The notes beneath the pieces are model-generated. The model had not been told where the DNA came from and made no database searches. It saw only the letters and a list, made by a program, of their open reading frames with translations. Below, in pieces: positions 30,101-38,900 of a DNA stretch of 64,000 nucleotides. The translations under genes were made by a program, and so were the position numbers. This stretch comes from Candidatus Acidiferrum sp. (GTDB lineage: Bacteria > Acidobacteriota > Terriglobia > Acidiferrales > UBA7541): positions 466 through 64,465 of the forward strand of contig DATFZY010000035.1 in NCBI GenBank assembly GCA_035313865.1, read 5' to 3'. Numbering within the stretch: position 1 is the first letter of the stretch; every line of letters starts with the position of its first letter.

Positions 30101-30690
30101 GGACGGCGGGCCTTGTTGGATTGGGGCGGCTGATTGCGCTGCTTTCCAAGTATTGGCAGACGGTGGATCGAAGCTTCCCAGCGTCCTTTGGGCAGAGCTT
30201 TGATGCCACGGTTCCGTTCGCGGCGGCGTTCGGGCAAGGGCTGAACAGCGGATTATTGCGAGCGGGGCTTGTGGCACTGGTTGCGGCGTTTGTGGTTGCG
30301 GTGGTCAAGGCGCCGTGGATGCGGTTTTTGATTTTCGTGCTGGGGGCGTTGTCGCTGGTGGGGGGAGATTGGAGCAATGGGACCGGCTTTGCGAAGCAAT
30401 TTGTCACGGAGGCGATCGTATTGGGAGTGATTGTCTTCGCGGTGCGGCGGATTGTGCGTTTCAATTTTCTGGGATGCTTCCTGGTGGCGACGTGCACCTC
30501 TCTATTGGGCGGGGCGGCGGAATTGTTGGGGCAGCCTGACGCGTACTACCGCACAAACGGCTATGTGCTTCTGCTCATTCTGGGATTGCTGCTGGCTTGG
30601 CCATTTATCGTGTGGCGAATGAGGGCGCCTACAGGTGACGCGAACCAAATTGGTGCTCCCTTAGAATCGAGCGGGCGGGGCAACCTATAG
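27166..30690 (+). CDS. Large CPBP/Abi (type II CAAX) intramembrane glutamic endopeptidase with internal duplication
   Basis: EEFTFR, SFLH and IWHYTVD motifs; many TM helices; GGAGGA RBS before GTG 27166. Confidence 0.85.
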   Translation: MAEERLTGSDKRALLLWVLLGIVGVVFAYKYFFQAFPEASVDFKVSRGEALARAQKFVGSLGEDVSGYRTSIVFDLDENAKTYLERELGLEQANQLMSGELNIWYWDVRFFRPQQEEEFRVRISPGGEVVGYGHSIEESRAGATLDREAALAQAQKFLTEKIGVNLANWNPLPEETSSTKLPNRLDWAFTWEKRGVKAKDAPYRLRVVVDGDQVNGSHEHLKVPEAWERSFAKLRSSNDSLTLVFTVFYLGLLVAAVWLAIQLTYKGMTSWRGALLLGGVVAGLLFLQSLNDWPLWGASYDTKDSYGTFLALQLARALALAVVTAVTITLVLPAGEPLYRASQPGKLQLSKIFTLRGLRSKEFFSSAVVGLSLAAAHIGYVVAFYIVASYYGAWAPQEVNYQDSVNTAFPWISGAAIGLLASTNEEFTFRLFAIPFFARLTHSRWIAVIVPAFMWSFLHSNYPQEPPYIRGIEIGLFGIVAGVVMLRYGILATLIWHYTVDASLVGLFLLRSNSLYFKVSGVVVAAAAVAPLAFAGVAYLIRGRFEADEDLLNSAPRTVVVPMAEAPVETATARGTRRYEALTPAMFGALAVCLVAGSVLAWRVKTESLGDNLKLSVNAKSVRATADEIMRKRGVDPASYKRAVVIVNVTDPITNEFLRERVGIKRLNEIYATEVPGVVWQVRYFKDSQPEEFSVKLDRDGALLAFNHRLPEDAAGASLSKEEALAKAQTYLSEVKKLDLSQWNLVEENSDKRVHRTDHEIAWQQRTPIDSGSTSSNDVVSHAFVRNKVAVLGDEVVDYRGSYYSKPDAREDQEAAEGGTLWTFIKIPDEWRRKQEEQTLPRTLLAYGVPVLFFVGGGLTALIIFLKNIRSEVARSVPWKKLSGWAIWGMAAYLAVFAFGDRIQSAFNMYNTAIPFKTTMGILGIGILLGAPFNFGLVVFVFGLAWYYGKRAFGEELLPVGGRMPAVYYRDALWIGVCGTAGLVGLGRLIALLSKYWQTVDRSFPASFGQSFDATVPFAAAFGQGLNSGLLRAGLVALVAAFVVAVVKAPWMRFLIFVLGALSLVGGDWSNGTGFAKQFVTEAIVLGVIVFAVRRIVRFNFLGCFLVATCTSLLGGAAELLGQPDAYYRTNGYVLLLILGLLLAWPFIVWRMRAPTGDANQIGAPLESSGRGNL

Positions 30691-30706
30691 CGTGCTGTGT
30701 AAATCC

Positions 30707-30732
30707 GAAACAAACAGGCTTCGATATTCGTT
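30707..30732 (+). promoter_or_regulatory. Putative ECF-sigma promoter
   Basis: GAAAC-17 nt-CGTT upstream of the ECF sigma gene. Confidence 0.4.
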
Positions 30733-30884
30733 TTCTAAGTGGAAGTGGATGCTCACCCAAGGGGCGTTTGGCCGTCCAAATTGGGTGGTCGCAAGAGATT
30801 GTGTGTGTGGCGGGCCAGCGAAGTGCAGGCTAAGGCGTTTGAATACAGGAAGTAACGCGCGCACATACGAACAGAAAGCGAAAT

Positions 30885-31562
30885 ATGCCGCTTCCAAGAT
30901 GGGCTTTAGCTTTGGCTAATGATGCAGGCCTGGCAGGTGGTTCAAGCGCCTCCGTGGCCGCGGCGGACTCTTTGCCCAATGTAAATGAGCAGTCCCTGGT
31001 GGCGGAAGCTCAGGCCGGCAGCAGGGTGGCTTTCGAGGAGCTGGTGCACCGCTACGACCGGGATGTGCTGCGGCTGGCACTGAACCTGATGAAGCGCCCG
31101 GAAGACGCGCGCGATGTTTATCAGGAAGCGTTTTTGAAGGTTTTCAAGAATCTGCACCGGTTTCGGTTCGAGTGCAGCTTTTATACGTGGCTCTACCGGA
31201 TAGTGACGAACGTTTGCCTGGATCATCTGCGGCGGCGGCAGGCGCGGCCTGAGGATCAGTCGCCGGAACCCAACCCCGGGCACCATGAAGAAGGCATCAC
31301 GGACTTTTTTGAGCGGCAGCGGGAGCATCGTCCGACGCTGGATCCCGAGCGGCAACTATTTGGCAAAGAGATTCAGGCGCGCATTGCATCGGCGATGGAA
31401 CGGCTGTCGCCGCGCGAGCGCGTTGTGTTTGAGATGAAGCACTATCAAGGATTGAAGCTGCGAGCGATTGGCGACGCGCTGGGCACCACGGAAGAAACCG
31501 TGAAGAATTCGCTGTTTCGCGCGACGCGCAAACTGCGCAGCCAGCTGGGAGGCTTGCGATGA
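30885..31562 (+). CDS. ECF RNA polymerase sigma factor
   Basis: AFEELV.RY, DA.DV.QEAFLK, FYTWLYRIVTN.C.D.LRR, TVKNSLFRA. Confidence 0.95.
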   Translation: MPLPRWALALANDAGLAGGSSASVAAADSLPNVNEQSLVAEAQAGSRVAFEELVHRYDRDVLRLALNLMKRPEDARDVYQEAFLKVFKNLHRFRFECSFYTWLYRIVTNVCLDHLRRRQARPEDQSPEPNPGHHEEGITDFFERQREHRPTLDPERQLFGKEIQARIASAMERLSPRERVVFEMKHYQGLKLRAIGDALGTTEETVKNSLFRATRKLRSQLGGLR

Positions 31563-32641
31563 GCGCGCCTCAACAGACACAGTGCAAAGAAGTTGCCGCG
31601 CTTCTTGTTTTTTACGCTTGCGAAGAAACCAGCGCGCAGGAGAAAGCGCGGATCGAAAAGCATCTAGCGGGTTGCGCGGCTTGCGCCTCGCAGCTTGCTG
31701 AGGAACGCTCCCTTCACGAGTCCTTGATGGAAGCGCTGCAAGCCTCCGAACAATTTGATAGCGGAGGCATTCTTCTTTCGCGGTGCCGCAGTGAACTTGC
31801 GGAAGCGTTGGACGATTTATCGGCACCCCCTTTGAAGAAACACTGGCAGCCGCTGGGATGGCTCCGCAGTTGGATGGCCATGCGGCCGGTCTGGAGCGCG
31901 GCGGTTTTGGTTTTGATTGGATTGGGGCTGGGTACGCAAGGGTTGCCGTGGTTGTCGGCGCGGCTGGATTCCGGGTCGAACGGGCAGACTGTAAATGTTT
32001 CGCCTTCGGCACGGTTCACGGATGAACAGCTGGCGAAGATGGCTGTGGCGAGCATGAGTTTTTCTCCTACGTCTGACAGCACCTCCGGAAATGTGCAGCT
32101 GCACATAAAGACGGAACAGCCGCTGGTACTTTCCGGAAGCGTGGACGATCCCGATCTGCGCCGCGTTTTGACATACGTGGTTGAAAATGGAAATCAGACA
32201 GAAGCTGGAGTGCGGCTCGACTGCCTGGAAGCGCTGCGGGCGCGCACGGGAGATGCCGACGTGCGCCGGGCGCTGCTTTATGCGGCGCGAAATGACCAGA
32301 ATCCCGCGGTGCGGATGAAAGCGATGGAATCGTTGCGCGATGTAGTGGTGGACCAGACCGTGCGCGAGACGCTGATTGATGCGCTGGAGCACGACTCCAA
32401 TCCCGGCGTGCGCGTGGAAGCGGTGAACCTGCTGGTGCGCTCGCTGGAAGGCGGTACACCGGAAGCTGCGCAGACTCCGGAAGCGGTGCTGGCCCCGGAG
32501 CCTGTGGAACGTTTGCTGGACCCGTCGATGGAACGCGTGATTCAGACGCTACAGGATCTAGAGCGCAGCGATCCCAACCGCTACGTGCGGCTGCGCAGCG
32601 CCGCGGCTTTGCGGCAGATTGGCCCGCACGAAGTTCAGTGA
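31559..32641 (+). CDS. zf-HC2 anti-sigma factor with TM and periplasmic HEAT repeats
   Basis: HLAGCAAC (HxxxCxxC), TM segment, D.NPAVR.KA / D.NPGVR.EA / DPNRYVR repeats. Confidence 0.88.
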   Translation: MSAPQQTQCKEVAALLVFYACEETSAQEKARIEKHLAGCAACASQLAEERSLHESLMEALQASEQFDSGGILLSRCRSELAEALDDLSAPPLKKHWQPLGWLRSWMAMRPVWSAAVLVLIGLGLGTQGLPWLSARLDSGSNGQTVNVSPSARFTDEQLAKMAVASMSFSPTSDSTSGNVQLHIKTEQPLVLSGSVDDPDLRRVLTYVVENGNQTEAGVRLDCLEALRARTGDADVRRALLYAARNDQNPAVRMKAMESLRDVVVDQTVRETLIDALEHDSNPGVRVEAVNLLVRSLEGGTPEAAQTPEAVLAPEPVERLLDPSMERVIQTLQDLERSDPNRYVRLRSAAALRQIGPHEVQ

Positions 32642-32689
32642 GAAGTGCGGTGAGAAGTTCAGCCGGTTGAGAAGAGATCCAAGCAAGAA

Positions 32690-34507
32690 ATGAGCACCCT
32701 TCCCATTTTCGTGACGATTCGCGATACGCGGACGAAAGTTTCTCGCGCTGCGCTGTCAGCCATTTTCTGCTCGATACTACTTTCGGGTTTGGCTTTTTGC
32801 GCGAACTCCAATGAACCGTTTGCTGCTGGAGCTGTCGTTCCCGGCGATCCGGCGCCGCGCGTGGCCACGGATCGCTCCGGCACGCTGCAAACCAAAGACG
32901 GACTAACGCTGCACCTGACGACGGACCTTGGCTTGGTGCGAATCATCGCGTTGGAACCGGGCGCGCCGCAAGTGGTGCGTTACACGGTGCATATTGAGAC
33001 CGATGCGCGCGCGCCATGGGCGCAGAATCTTCTGGACCGCTATGCGCTGACGGCAAAAACGACGGCGTCCGGCGTGGAGATGACGGGAACCTTGCCGCCG
33101 CAGTCCGGGCACGGTGAAGCGATTGCGCAATTCTGGGTGCAATTTGAAGTTGCGGTTCCCGCGGGCTACAGCGTCGACGTGAACACGGGCGCCGGAGACA
33201 TCGAAACGAGAGACATCGGCGGATCCGCGAACCTCATCACGCAGGGCGGAAACATTCGGACTGGGCGCATCGGCTTCAGACCGGTGCTCAACGTATCGCA
33301 GAGCCACTTGCTCGCAAAGCTCTCCACGCAGGGCGGACATATCCAAGTGCAAGATGTTGCGGGCGACCTGGATGCGTTCACCGCGGGCGGGCACATTGTC
33401 GCGGGAAACATCACGGGAGATGGAACGTTGCGCAGCGGAGGCGGGCACATCCGCGCGGGACAAATTGGCGGGCGTGCGCAACTGGAAACCGATGGCGGCA
33501 ACATTACGCTGAAGCAAGCGGGGAGTTTCGTCAGCGTGCGCACCGGCGGCGGACAGATTGATTTCGGCGAAGTGCGCGGCTCGGTGCGGGCGCAAACGGG
33601 CGGCGGCGGGATTCGCATCATCACGGTTTCCGGGCCGATGGAAGTCGAATCCAACGGGGGGAGCATTTGCTTGACGCGCGTGGCAGGCGCGGTGCAGGCA
33701 GCCACCGCGGGCGGCACGATTCAGGCGTGGTTCAATCCGGATGCGGCTTCCTCCAGCGGCGTCGTGAGCCTTCCGGGCGCTTCGCAACTTTCTTCCGGAG
33801 CGGGAGACATCATCATTTTCCTGCCGCGAAATCTGGCCGTCACCATTGATGCGCTGGTCGAAAAAGGGGGCGTGAGCCGCATTGATGCCGACCCTGCGCT
33901 GCTTTTGAACATCCAGGCGCAAGGAAATCGAGACCTGGGCGCGGTGCGCGCCACGGGAATTTTGAATGGCGGCGGCGCGCTGCTGAAATTGCGCACGACG
34001 GTGGGCAAAATCCGGCTGCAATACCTGGATGAAGGCACGGGACTGCGTGATTCGCTGATTCAGCAGCAGCGCGAACGGATCGAGCGCGTGCGTGACTCGG
34101 ACTTTCCTTCCAACAAGTTTTCGGAACCGGGCCCGGGAGCCGCAGAGCAGCCTCCAGCCGATGAAAGACGTGACTGGTTGGAGAGCTGGATGGACAGTTT
34201 GGAGCGATTTCTTCTTGGCGGAATACACGAAGATTCCAGCGAGTTCTTCAAGCGGCTCATCGCGAGGCCGAACCCCGCGTATCCCGAGCTTGCCCGGAAG
34301 GCAGGTATCCACGGAGTTGTGAAGCTGCAAGTACGGGTGAAGATAGATGGAAGCGTGGAAGTGATCAAGATTCTGGAAGGCGAACCGGTTCTTGCGGATG
34401 CCGCGATAGACGCGGTCAAGAGGTGGCGCGCGAAGCCGGCATCCATCAATGGAAACCCGGTGGAGACCATTTCAACCGTGGCATTTGATTTTGAACCGTC
34501 GCACTGA
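32690..34507 (+). CDS. DUF4097-like beta-repeat protein fused to a TonB C-terminal domain
   Basis: About ten TxGGxI-type repeats, then P.YPELARKAGIHGVV.L...W...PA..NG.PV. Confidence 0.8.
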   Translation: MSTLPIFVTIRDTRTKVSRAALSAIFCSILLSGLAFCANSNEPFAAGAVVPGDPAPRVATDRSGTLQTKDGLTLHLTTDLGLVRIIALEPGAPQVVRYTVHIETDARAPWAQNLLDRYALTAKTTASGVEMTGTLPPQSGHGEAIAQFWVQFEVAVPAGYSVDVNTGAGDIETRDIGGSANLITQGGNIRTGRIGFRPVLNVSQSHLLAKLSTQGGHIQVQDVAGDLDAFTAGGHIVAGNITGDGTLRSGGGHIRAGQIGGRAQLETDGGNITLKQAGSFVSVRTGGGQIDFGEVRGSVRAQTGGGGIRIITVSGPMEVESNGGSICLTRVAGAVQAATAGGTIQAWFNPDAASSSGVVSLPGASQLSSGAGDIIIFLPRNLAVTIDALVEKGGVSRIDADPALLLNIQAQGNRDLGAVRATGILNGGGALLKLRTTVGKIRLQYLDEGTGLRDSLIQQQRERIERVRDSDFPSNKFSEPGPGAAEQPPADERRDWLESWMDSLERFLLGGIHEDSSEFFKRLIARPNPAYPELARKAGIHGVVKLQVRVKIDGSVEVIKILEGEPVLADAAIDAVKRWRAKPASINGNPVETISTVAFDFEPSH

Positions 34508-34623
34508 CGGGGAGTGATGATGGCGGCGAATCGCGCAGGCGTGTTATTGGGGTTCGAGGTTGGTTCCACTGTGAGCAGCAACGAGCAACCGCTCGTGAGA
34601 TGAACTCGAGGGGGTAGAACGAG

Positions 34624-35388
34624 ATGCTACGTCCAGGTTTGCGCTCGGCGGTGTTGTTCATCCTGATGCTTGCGGGGGTGTCCGCTGCTCCTTGCTTTGC
34701 GATCAGCAAAGACTTCAATCAATCGTATTCGCTGCAGCCGGGAGGTTCGTTTGAGCTGCAGAATGTCAACGGCCCCGTCGAGGTGGAAGGGTGGGACCGC
34801 AATGTCGTGGAAATCCACGCGGTGAAAATCGCCAAAGAAAAAGAGGCGGACCTGGAGCGCGTAACGATTGAGGTGGAAGCGCGACCTAATGCCGTGTCGG
34901 TGGTAACGCGTTATCCGCAGAATGAGGGCGTGGAAGTGGCCGTGGAATACACCATACATGTTCCGCATGGAGCGCGCGTGGAACACATTGGGACGGTCAA
35001 CGGGACGCTGAAGATTGCGGGCGTCGAATCCGTGGAGGATTTGCGCACCGTGAACGGAAATATTGAAGTGTACGAGGGCGGCGGAAGCGTGCACGCGCGG
35101 ACGACGAACGGGAATCTGCATCTAGAACTTTCGCGTGCGATGGATGACAAGGGCATGACGGCGGAGACGACGAACGGGTCGCTGCTGCTGGCTGTGCCGC
35201 AGGATACGCAGGCGAATCTCGAAGCGCGCTCGTTAAATGGCAATTTTTATTCGGAGTTGCCGCTGTCGCTCGAGAGTTCCTTGAAACCGCGGGAGATGCG
35301 CGGCAAGTATGGCAAAGGCGGCGCGCCCATCAAACTGAATACCATCAACGGCGGAATTCGCGTGGTGATTTTGCGGTCAACGGTTTAG
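34624..35388 (+). CDS. Secreted DUF4097 (putative adhesin) beta-repeat protein
   Basis: Signal peptide; NVNG/TVNG/TTNG/TING repeats. Confidence 0.85.
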   Translation: MLRPGLRSAVLFILMLAGVSAAPCFAISKDFNQSYSLQPGGSFELQNVNGPVEVEGWDRNVVEIHAVKIAKEKEADLERVTIEVEARPNAVSVVTRYPQNEGVEVAVEYTIHVPHGARVEHIGTVNGTLKIAGVESVEDLRTVNGNIEVYEGGGSVHARTTNGNLHLELSRAMDDKGMTAETTNGSLLLAVPQDTQANLEARSLNGNFYSELPLSLESSLKPREMRGKYGKGGAPIKLNTINGGIRVVILRSTV

Positions 35389-35427
35389 CCCGGGCCGCGT
35401 CTAAGCAAAGCAGGAGGCAGAAAAATC

Positions 35428-36435
35428 ATGCTGAAACGTAATTTGATTATGTGCGGCGGAGCGGCGGTGCTGGGTGTTGCGCTGATTGCGTTGCCCAGCC
35501 CTTCCGCGGTGGCACAAGATTCTGCGGCCGCAAAGGTGGCGCAAGTGGAAGCGAGCCGTGCGCAAGTGGCTGCCGCGCAGGCCGCATTTCAAGAGGCGCA
35601 ACAGGACCAGCGAAACCGCGTGTTGATTACGCCTGGGGCGGAGGTGGACTCTGACGGCCCGGTGGTGCTGTTTGGCGACGATGGCGCGAGCTGGCTGGGC
35701 GTGGAATCGCAGGAAGTTAACTCGGAGAAGGCCAAGGAACTGAAGCTGCCCGCGGAGCGCGGCGCCCTGCTGCAGCGAATCGTGCCGGACAGCCCGGCGG
35801 CAAAAGCCGGTTTGAAAGAAAATGATGTCATTACCGAAATAAACGGACAGCGAGTGGAAGGCGCTGCGCAATTTCGCCGCATGATTCACGAGATTCCCGC
35901 CGGACGGACGGTGCAATTCACGGTATGGCGGGACGGCCGCGCGCAAACGATTGCCGCGACGCTCGGCAAATCGGAAGATCGCGCGAGTGTCTGGTCCAAA
36001 ACTGCCCCGCGCGCATTTTCCTTCCAGCTTCCGAAGGTGGAAATGCCGGAAATGCCTGATGGACCTGGGATGGATTGGAATTTAGAGATGCTGCCTGGCG
36101 GGCGGCCGCGTCTGGGCATTGACGCCGAAGACCTGAGCGGACAATTCGGAGCCTATTTTGGCGCGCCGGACGGCGAAGGCGTGCTGGTCCGCGAAGTGAA
36201 TGCCGGATCCGCGGCGGACAAGGCCGGAGTGAAGAGCGGCGACGTCATTGTTTCGCTGAATGGCGATCGCATTCGTTCGCTCGGCGATCTGCGGGAGAAA
36301 CTTGCCGGAAAGCGGGAAGAAAAGACTGTGAAACTCGGTGTCTTGCGCAACAAGAGCGAGCAGTCGATTACCGTGGAATTGCCGCCGCTGCCTTCGAAAA
36401 CTCCGCGAGTTATATCGCGACGCACCAATATTTAA
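35428..36435 (+). CDS. Periplasmic tandem-PDZ protein without a protease domain
   Basis: Signal peptide; WLGV...SPAAKAGLK.NDVI and RLGI...SAADKAGVK.GDVI; no GNSGG trypsin motif. Confidence 0.85.
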   Translation: MLKRNLIMCGGAAVLGVALIALPSPSAVAQDSAAAKVAQVEASRAQVAAAQAAFQEAQQDQRNRVLITPGAEVDSDGPVVLFGDDGASWLGVESQEVNSEKAKELKLPAERGALLQRIVPDSPAAKAGLKENDVITEINGQRVEGAAQFRRMIHEIPAGRTVQFTVWRDGRAQTIAATLGKSEDRASVWSKTAPRAFSFQLPKVEMPEMPDGPGMDWNLEMLPGGRPRLGIDAEDLSGQFGAYFGAPDGEGVLVREVNAGSAADKAGVKSGDVIVSLNGDRIRSLGDLREKLAGKREEKTVKLGVLRNKSEQSITVELPPLPSKTPRVISRRTNI

Positions 36436-36449
36436 GAAAGCTTTGCGCA

Positions 36450-36487
36450 AGAAAGCCCGGACAAATTGTCCGGGCTTTCTCGTTTTT
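36450..36487. terminator. Intrinsic, likely bidirectional terminator
   Basis: AGAAAGCCCGGACA-AAT-TGTCCGGGCTTTCT followed by a T-run, between convergent operons. Confidence 0.8.
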
Positions 36488-36534
36488 GCATCGGGCTCGC
36501 GGGTGAGGGGGCCGCGTTCGCGCGCGAATGCGCT

Positions 36535-37719
36535 TCAGGGCTTGCCGTCGCGGCCATATTTTCGCGCGAGACGAAATGGACGTCCGAGGGCATCGAGAAA
36601 CCAGTGGCGCTTGTTTTCTTCGCCTTCGACCCAGTCTTCCTCGGTGGGCGAAAAAGATAGCCGAAAAAGATAGCCGAGCCCGGAAAAACCGCCGCCGTAC
36701 ATGCCGATGCGAAACTTAGCGCGTTCAACAATTCCCGTCGGCGCCGTACCGGCTGCTGGAAGCCACCGAATAATCTGAGAAGACAGGCGGCCGACGGCGC
36801 GGTCCGATCGCACAGCCGCTGCGATTGCATCAGGTAGCGGAGCACCGAGCATATCGGCGGCCAATCGCAGGCCGACTTGTAACATGCGTTCCGCCCCAAC
36901 CTCTTCGGCGGCTGACTTCACGAGCGCCCAATCGAGTTGCTGCCGGGAGACGAAGGCGGCCACGTCGGCGATATAAACAAGGCGCTCCCAAAAATGCTTC
37001 GCTCCGTGAATACAAATCAGGATCAGTTCGTCTTCCGGCGAAAGCGCGGGAACCTCGTGCGCATCGAACTTTTCGCGCACTTGCCGGCGAAAGAGCGCTT
37101 CCAACGGAAGGGGTTTCGGATGATAACGGAAGGTAAGCTCGGTGTGGAATTCGATCAGGAGCTTCGTGGTGGGCTGCCGAAAATTGTATTCGCCGGGAAT
37201 TTTTTTAGCATGAATGGCGGTCAACGGGACGCTGGGGGCGTATCCGAGGCCAAGCATGAGTTCCGTGGAGCGCAGAATATCGTTGTCGCGCACGATCAAA
37301 TCCAGATCGCCGTATTGGCGCAAGCCTGGATCGCCGTAACTACGCACGGAAAGCACCGGCCCTTTAATCACCAGCGCCTCGATGCCGGAGGCGGCAAAGC
37401 GATCGAAGAGCCGGAACATCTCCGCGCTCAAATTCAGGGTGAAAAGGGTGTGATTGCGGCGCCAGACGCGCAGAGCATCGCGATTTTCCGGCGGAATGAC
37501 CGCTTCGTTGAAGTCAAACAGGCGGGCGACGGTTAACCCGAGGACACCGTGGTCTTCCGCGAATGCAATCAGTGATGGCCAGTCGAGACGAGCGCGGAGT
37601 TTTTCGGCAAGGCGCTGGCGGTCCGGTTGCGGCCTGGCGCACTCGAGCAGCAGCGTCCACTCCGCTTCAAGAACTTCCGCATCCTGTGGCAGTGTTTCCG
37701 TCAGAAAATCCCCCAGCAA
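36535..37719 (-). CDS. Nucleotidyltransferase (NTP_transf_5-like), lasso-cluster tailoring enzyme
   Basis: IKGP.L....Y.DPGLR..GDLDLIV, IEFH, CIHGAKH.W.RL...D motifs; last gene of the lasso operon. Confidence 0.85.
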   Translation of the reverse strand: MLGDFLTETLPQDAEVLEAEWTLLLECARPQPDRQRLAEKLRARLDWPSLIAFAEDHGVLGLTVARLFDFNEAVIPPENRDALRVWRRNHTLFTLNLSAEMFRLFDRFAASGIEALVIKGPVLSVRSYGDPGLRQYGDLDLIVRDNDILRSTELMLGLGYAPSVPLTAIHAKKIPGEYNFRQPTTKLLIEFHTELTFRYHPKPLPLEALFRRQVREKFDAHEVPALSPEDELILICIHGAKHFWERLVYIADVAAFVSRQQLDWALVKSAAEEVGAERMLQVGLRLAADMLGAPLPDAIAAAVRSDRAVGRLSSQIIRWLPAAGTAPTGIVERAKFRIGMYGGGFSGLGYLFRLSFSPTEEDWVEGEENKRHWFLDALGRPFRLARKYGRDGKP

Positions 37720-37756
37720 TTTTCATGGAGATCGGCGGAATTCGCAATCGCTTCCG

Positions 37757-38899
37757 CTAGCGGGAAAATCTTTCGGCCAAAGCAGAAACGCGCCGGAAGG
37801 CATCTTCCGGGCGGCGAAAAACCTTTGGGAATTGTTCCGCGGCGGCTTGCGCGATTTCCTGCAAAGGCGCGATGCCGTCCATGGCCTGAAGGAGCCAGCG
37901 TTCCGCCAGACCCGCCTCCGTGAGGAGAGGAACGTAATCCGCCGCGCGGCGACGAAGAGTCTCGGACATGAATTGCGCGCCTTCAAAAGTGGACTGGCGA
38001 AAAACTCGTTCGCGTTGACCGTTATGAGCGGCGATCCTGGTATCCCAGCGCCAGATGTAGTCGCCGCCGACGGGATCGGCGTGCAAATCAACTTCAATCT
38101 CCTGCCCGGCCTCCAGAGCTACGGGTTCAAGCCAAGGAAGAAAACCCTGACCGTAGACGGTCCCCGCGGGTCCCGGTCCGGTCGAGAATCCGATGTTTTC
38201 AAAGAGCTTCGTTTCAAACCAGGCGCTCACTCCATGCCCAATCCCGCTGCGCGTTGCGCGGAATCGCATCTTTGCGGAAGCGCGGGTATTCAGGTGCGCC
38301 GTGTAATCCAGCGTGCACCAGTTTTGCGGATCCGTCAGGAGCTGCTCCTTTTTCGAGCGCAGTTTGTAAACACCATTCAGAAGGAGCGGAAGCGGAGCGG
38401 AAAGATCGATCTCGCTCCCCGGCTCCTTCCATGGCGAGGTGATGCGCTCGTAATAGTCAGGAGCTTCGACGATGGCAGCGTAGAGGGTGTCGCGCTCGGG
38501 AATCTGCGTTCCGCCCTCCTTCAAAAAGCGCACCCTGGCGTCCTCAATCGACGGCAGCGCGTCATCAAAGAGCGGCAAGGCTCCACGCACATCGGAAACA
38601 ACGACGTTCGCGCGTTCGGGCAGCTGGACTTGCCTGGAATCCTCGTGGATAAATTGGATGCGATCCGCAAAGCCATTGCTGGCGGCCAACTGCCGCGCGA
38701 GGTGAACGATGTCCCCGCCTTCGATCGCATAAACGCGCTTCGCACCGGCGCGGCAAGCCAGCAGCGCAAAGATTCCGGGACCGCAGCCGAGGTCGACGAC
38801 GACATCGCCGGGACGCACGGCGCGGCTGATGGCATCGGCGTACGCTCCAAAGCGCGCCTTGTCGGCGATCATGTCGCCAAATTCATTGAGAAGGTACAT
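37757..38899 (-). CDS. PRMT-fold class I SAM-dependent methyltransferase, lasso-cluster tailoring enzyme
   Basis: M..D..R..AY, VVDLGCGPGI, AGAKRVYAIE, LPE.A.VVVSD, RFLK.GG..IP, HG..AWF, STGP; collinear with eukaryotic PRMT cores. Confidence 0.8.
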   Translation of the reverse strand: MYLLNEFGDMIADKARFGAYADAISRAVRPGDVVVDLGCGPGIFALLACRAGAKRVYAIEGGDIVHLARQLAASNGFADRIQFIHEDSRQVQLPERANVVVSDVRGALPLFDDALPSIEDARVRFLKEGGTQIPERDTLYAAIVEAPDYYERITSPWKEPGSEIDLSAPLPLLLNGVYKLRSKKEQLLTDPQNWCTLDYTAHLNTRASAKMRFRATRSGIGHGVSAWFETKLFENIGFSTGPGPAGTVYGQGFLPWLEPVALEAGQEIEVDLHADPVGGDYIWRWDTRIAAHNGQRERVFRQSTFEGAQFMSETLRRRAADYVPLLTEAGLAERWLLQAMDGIAPLQEIAQAAAEQFPKVFRRPEDAFRRVSALAERFSR

Positions 38900-38900
38900 T

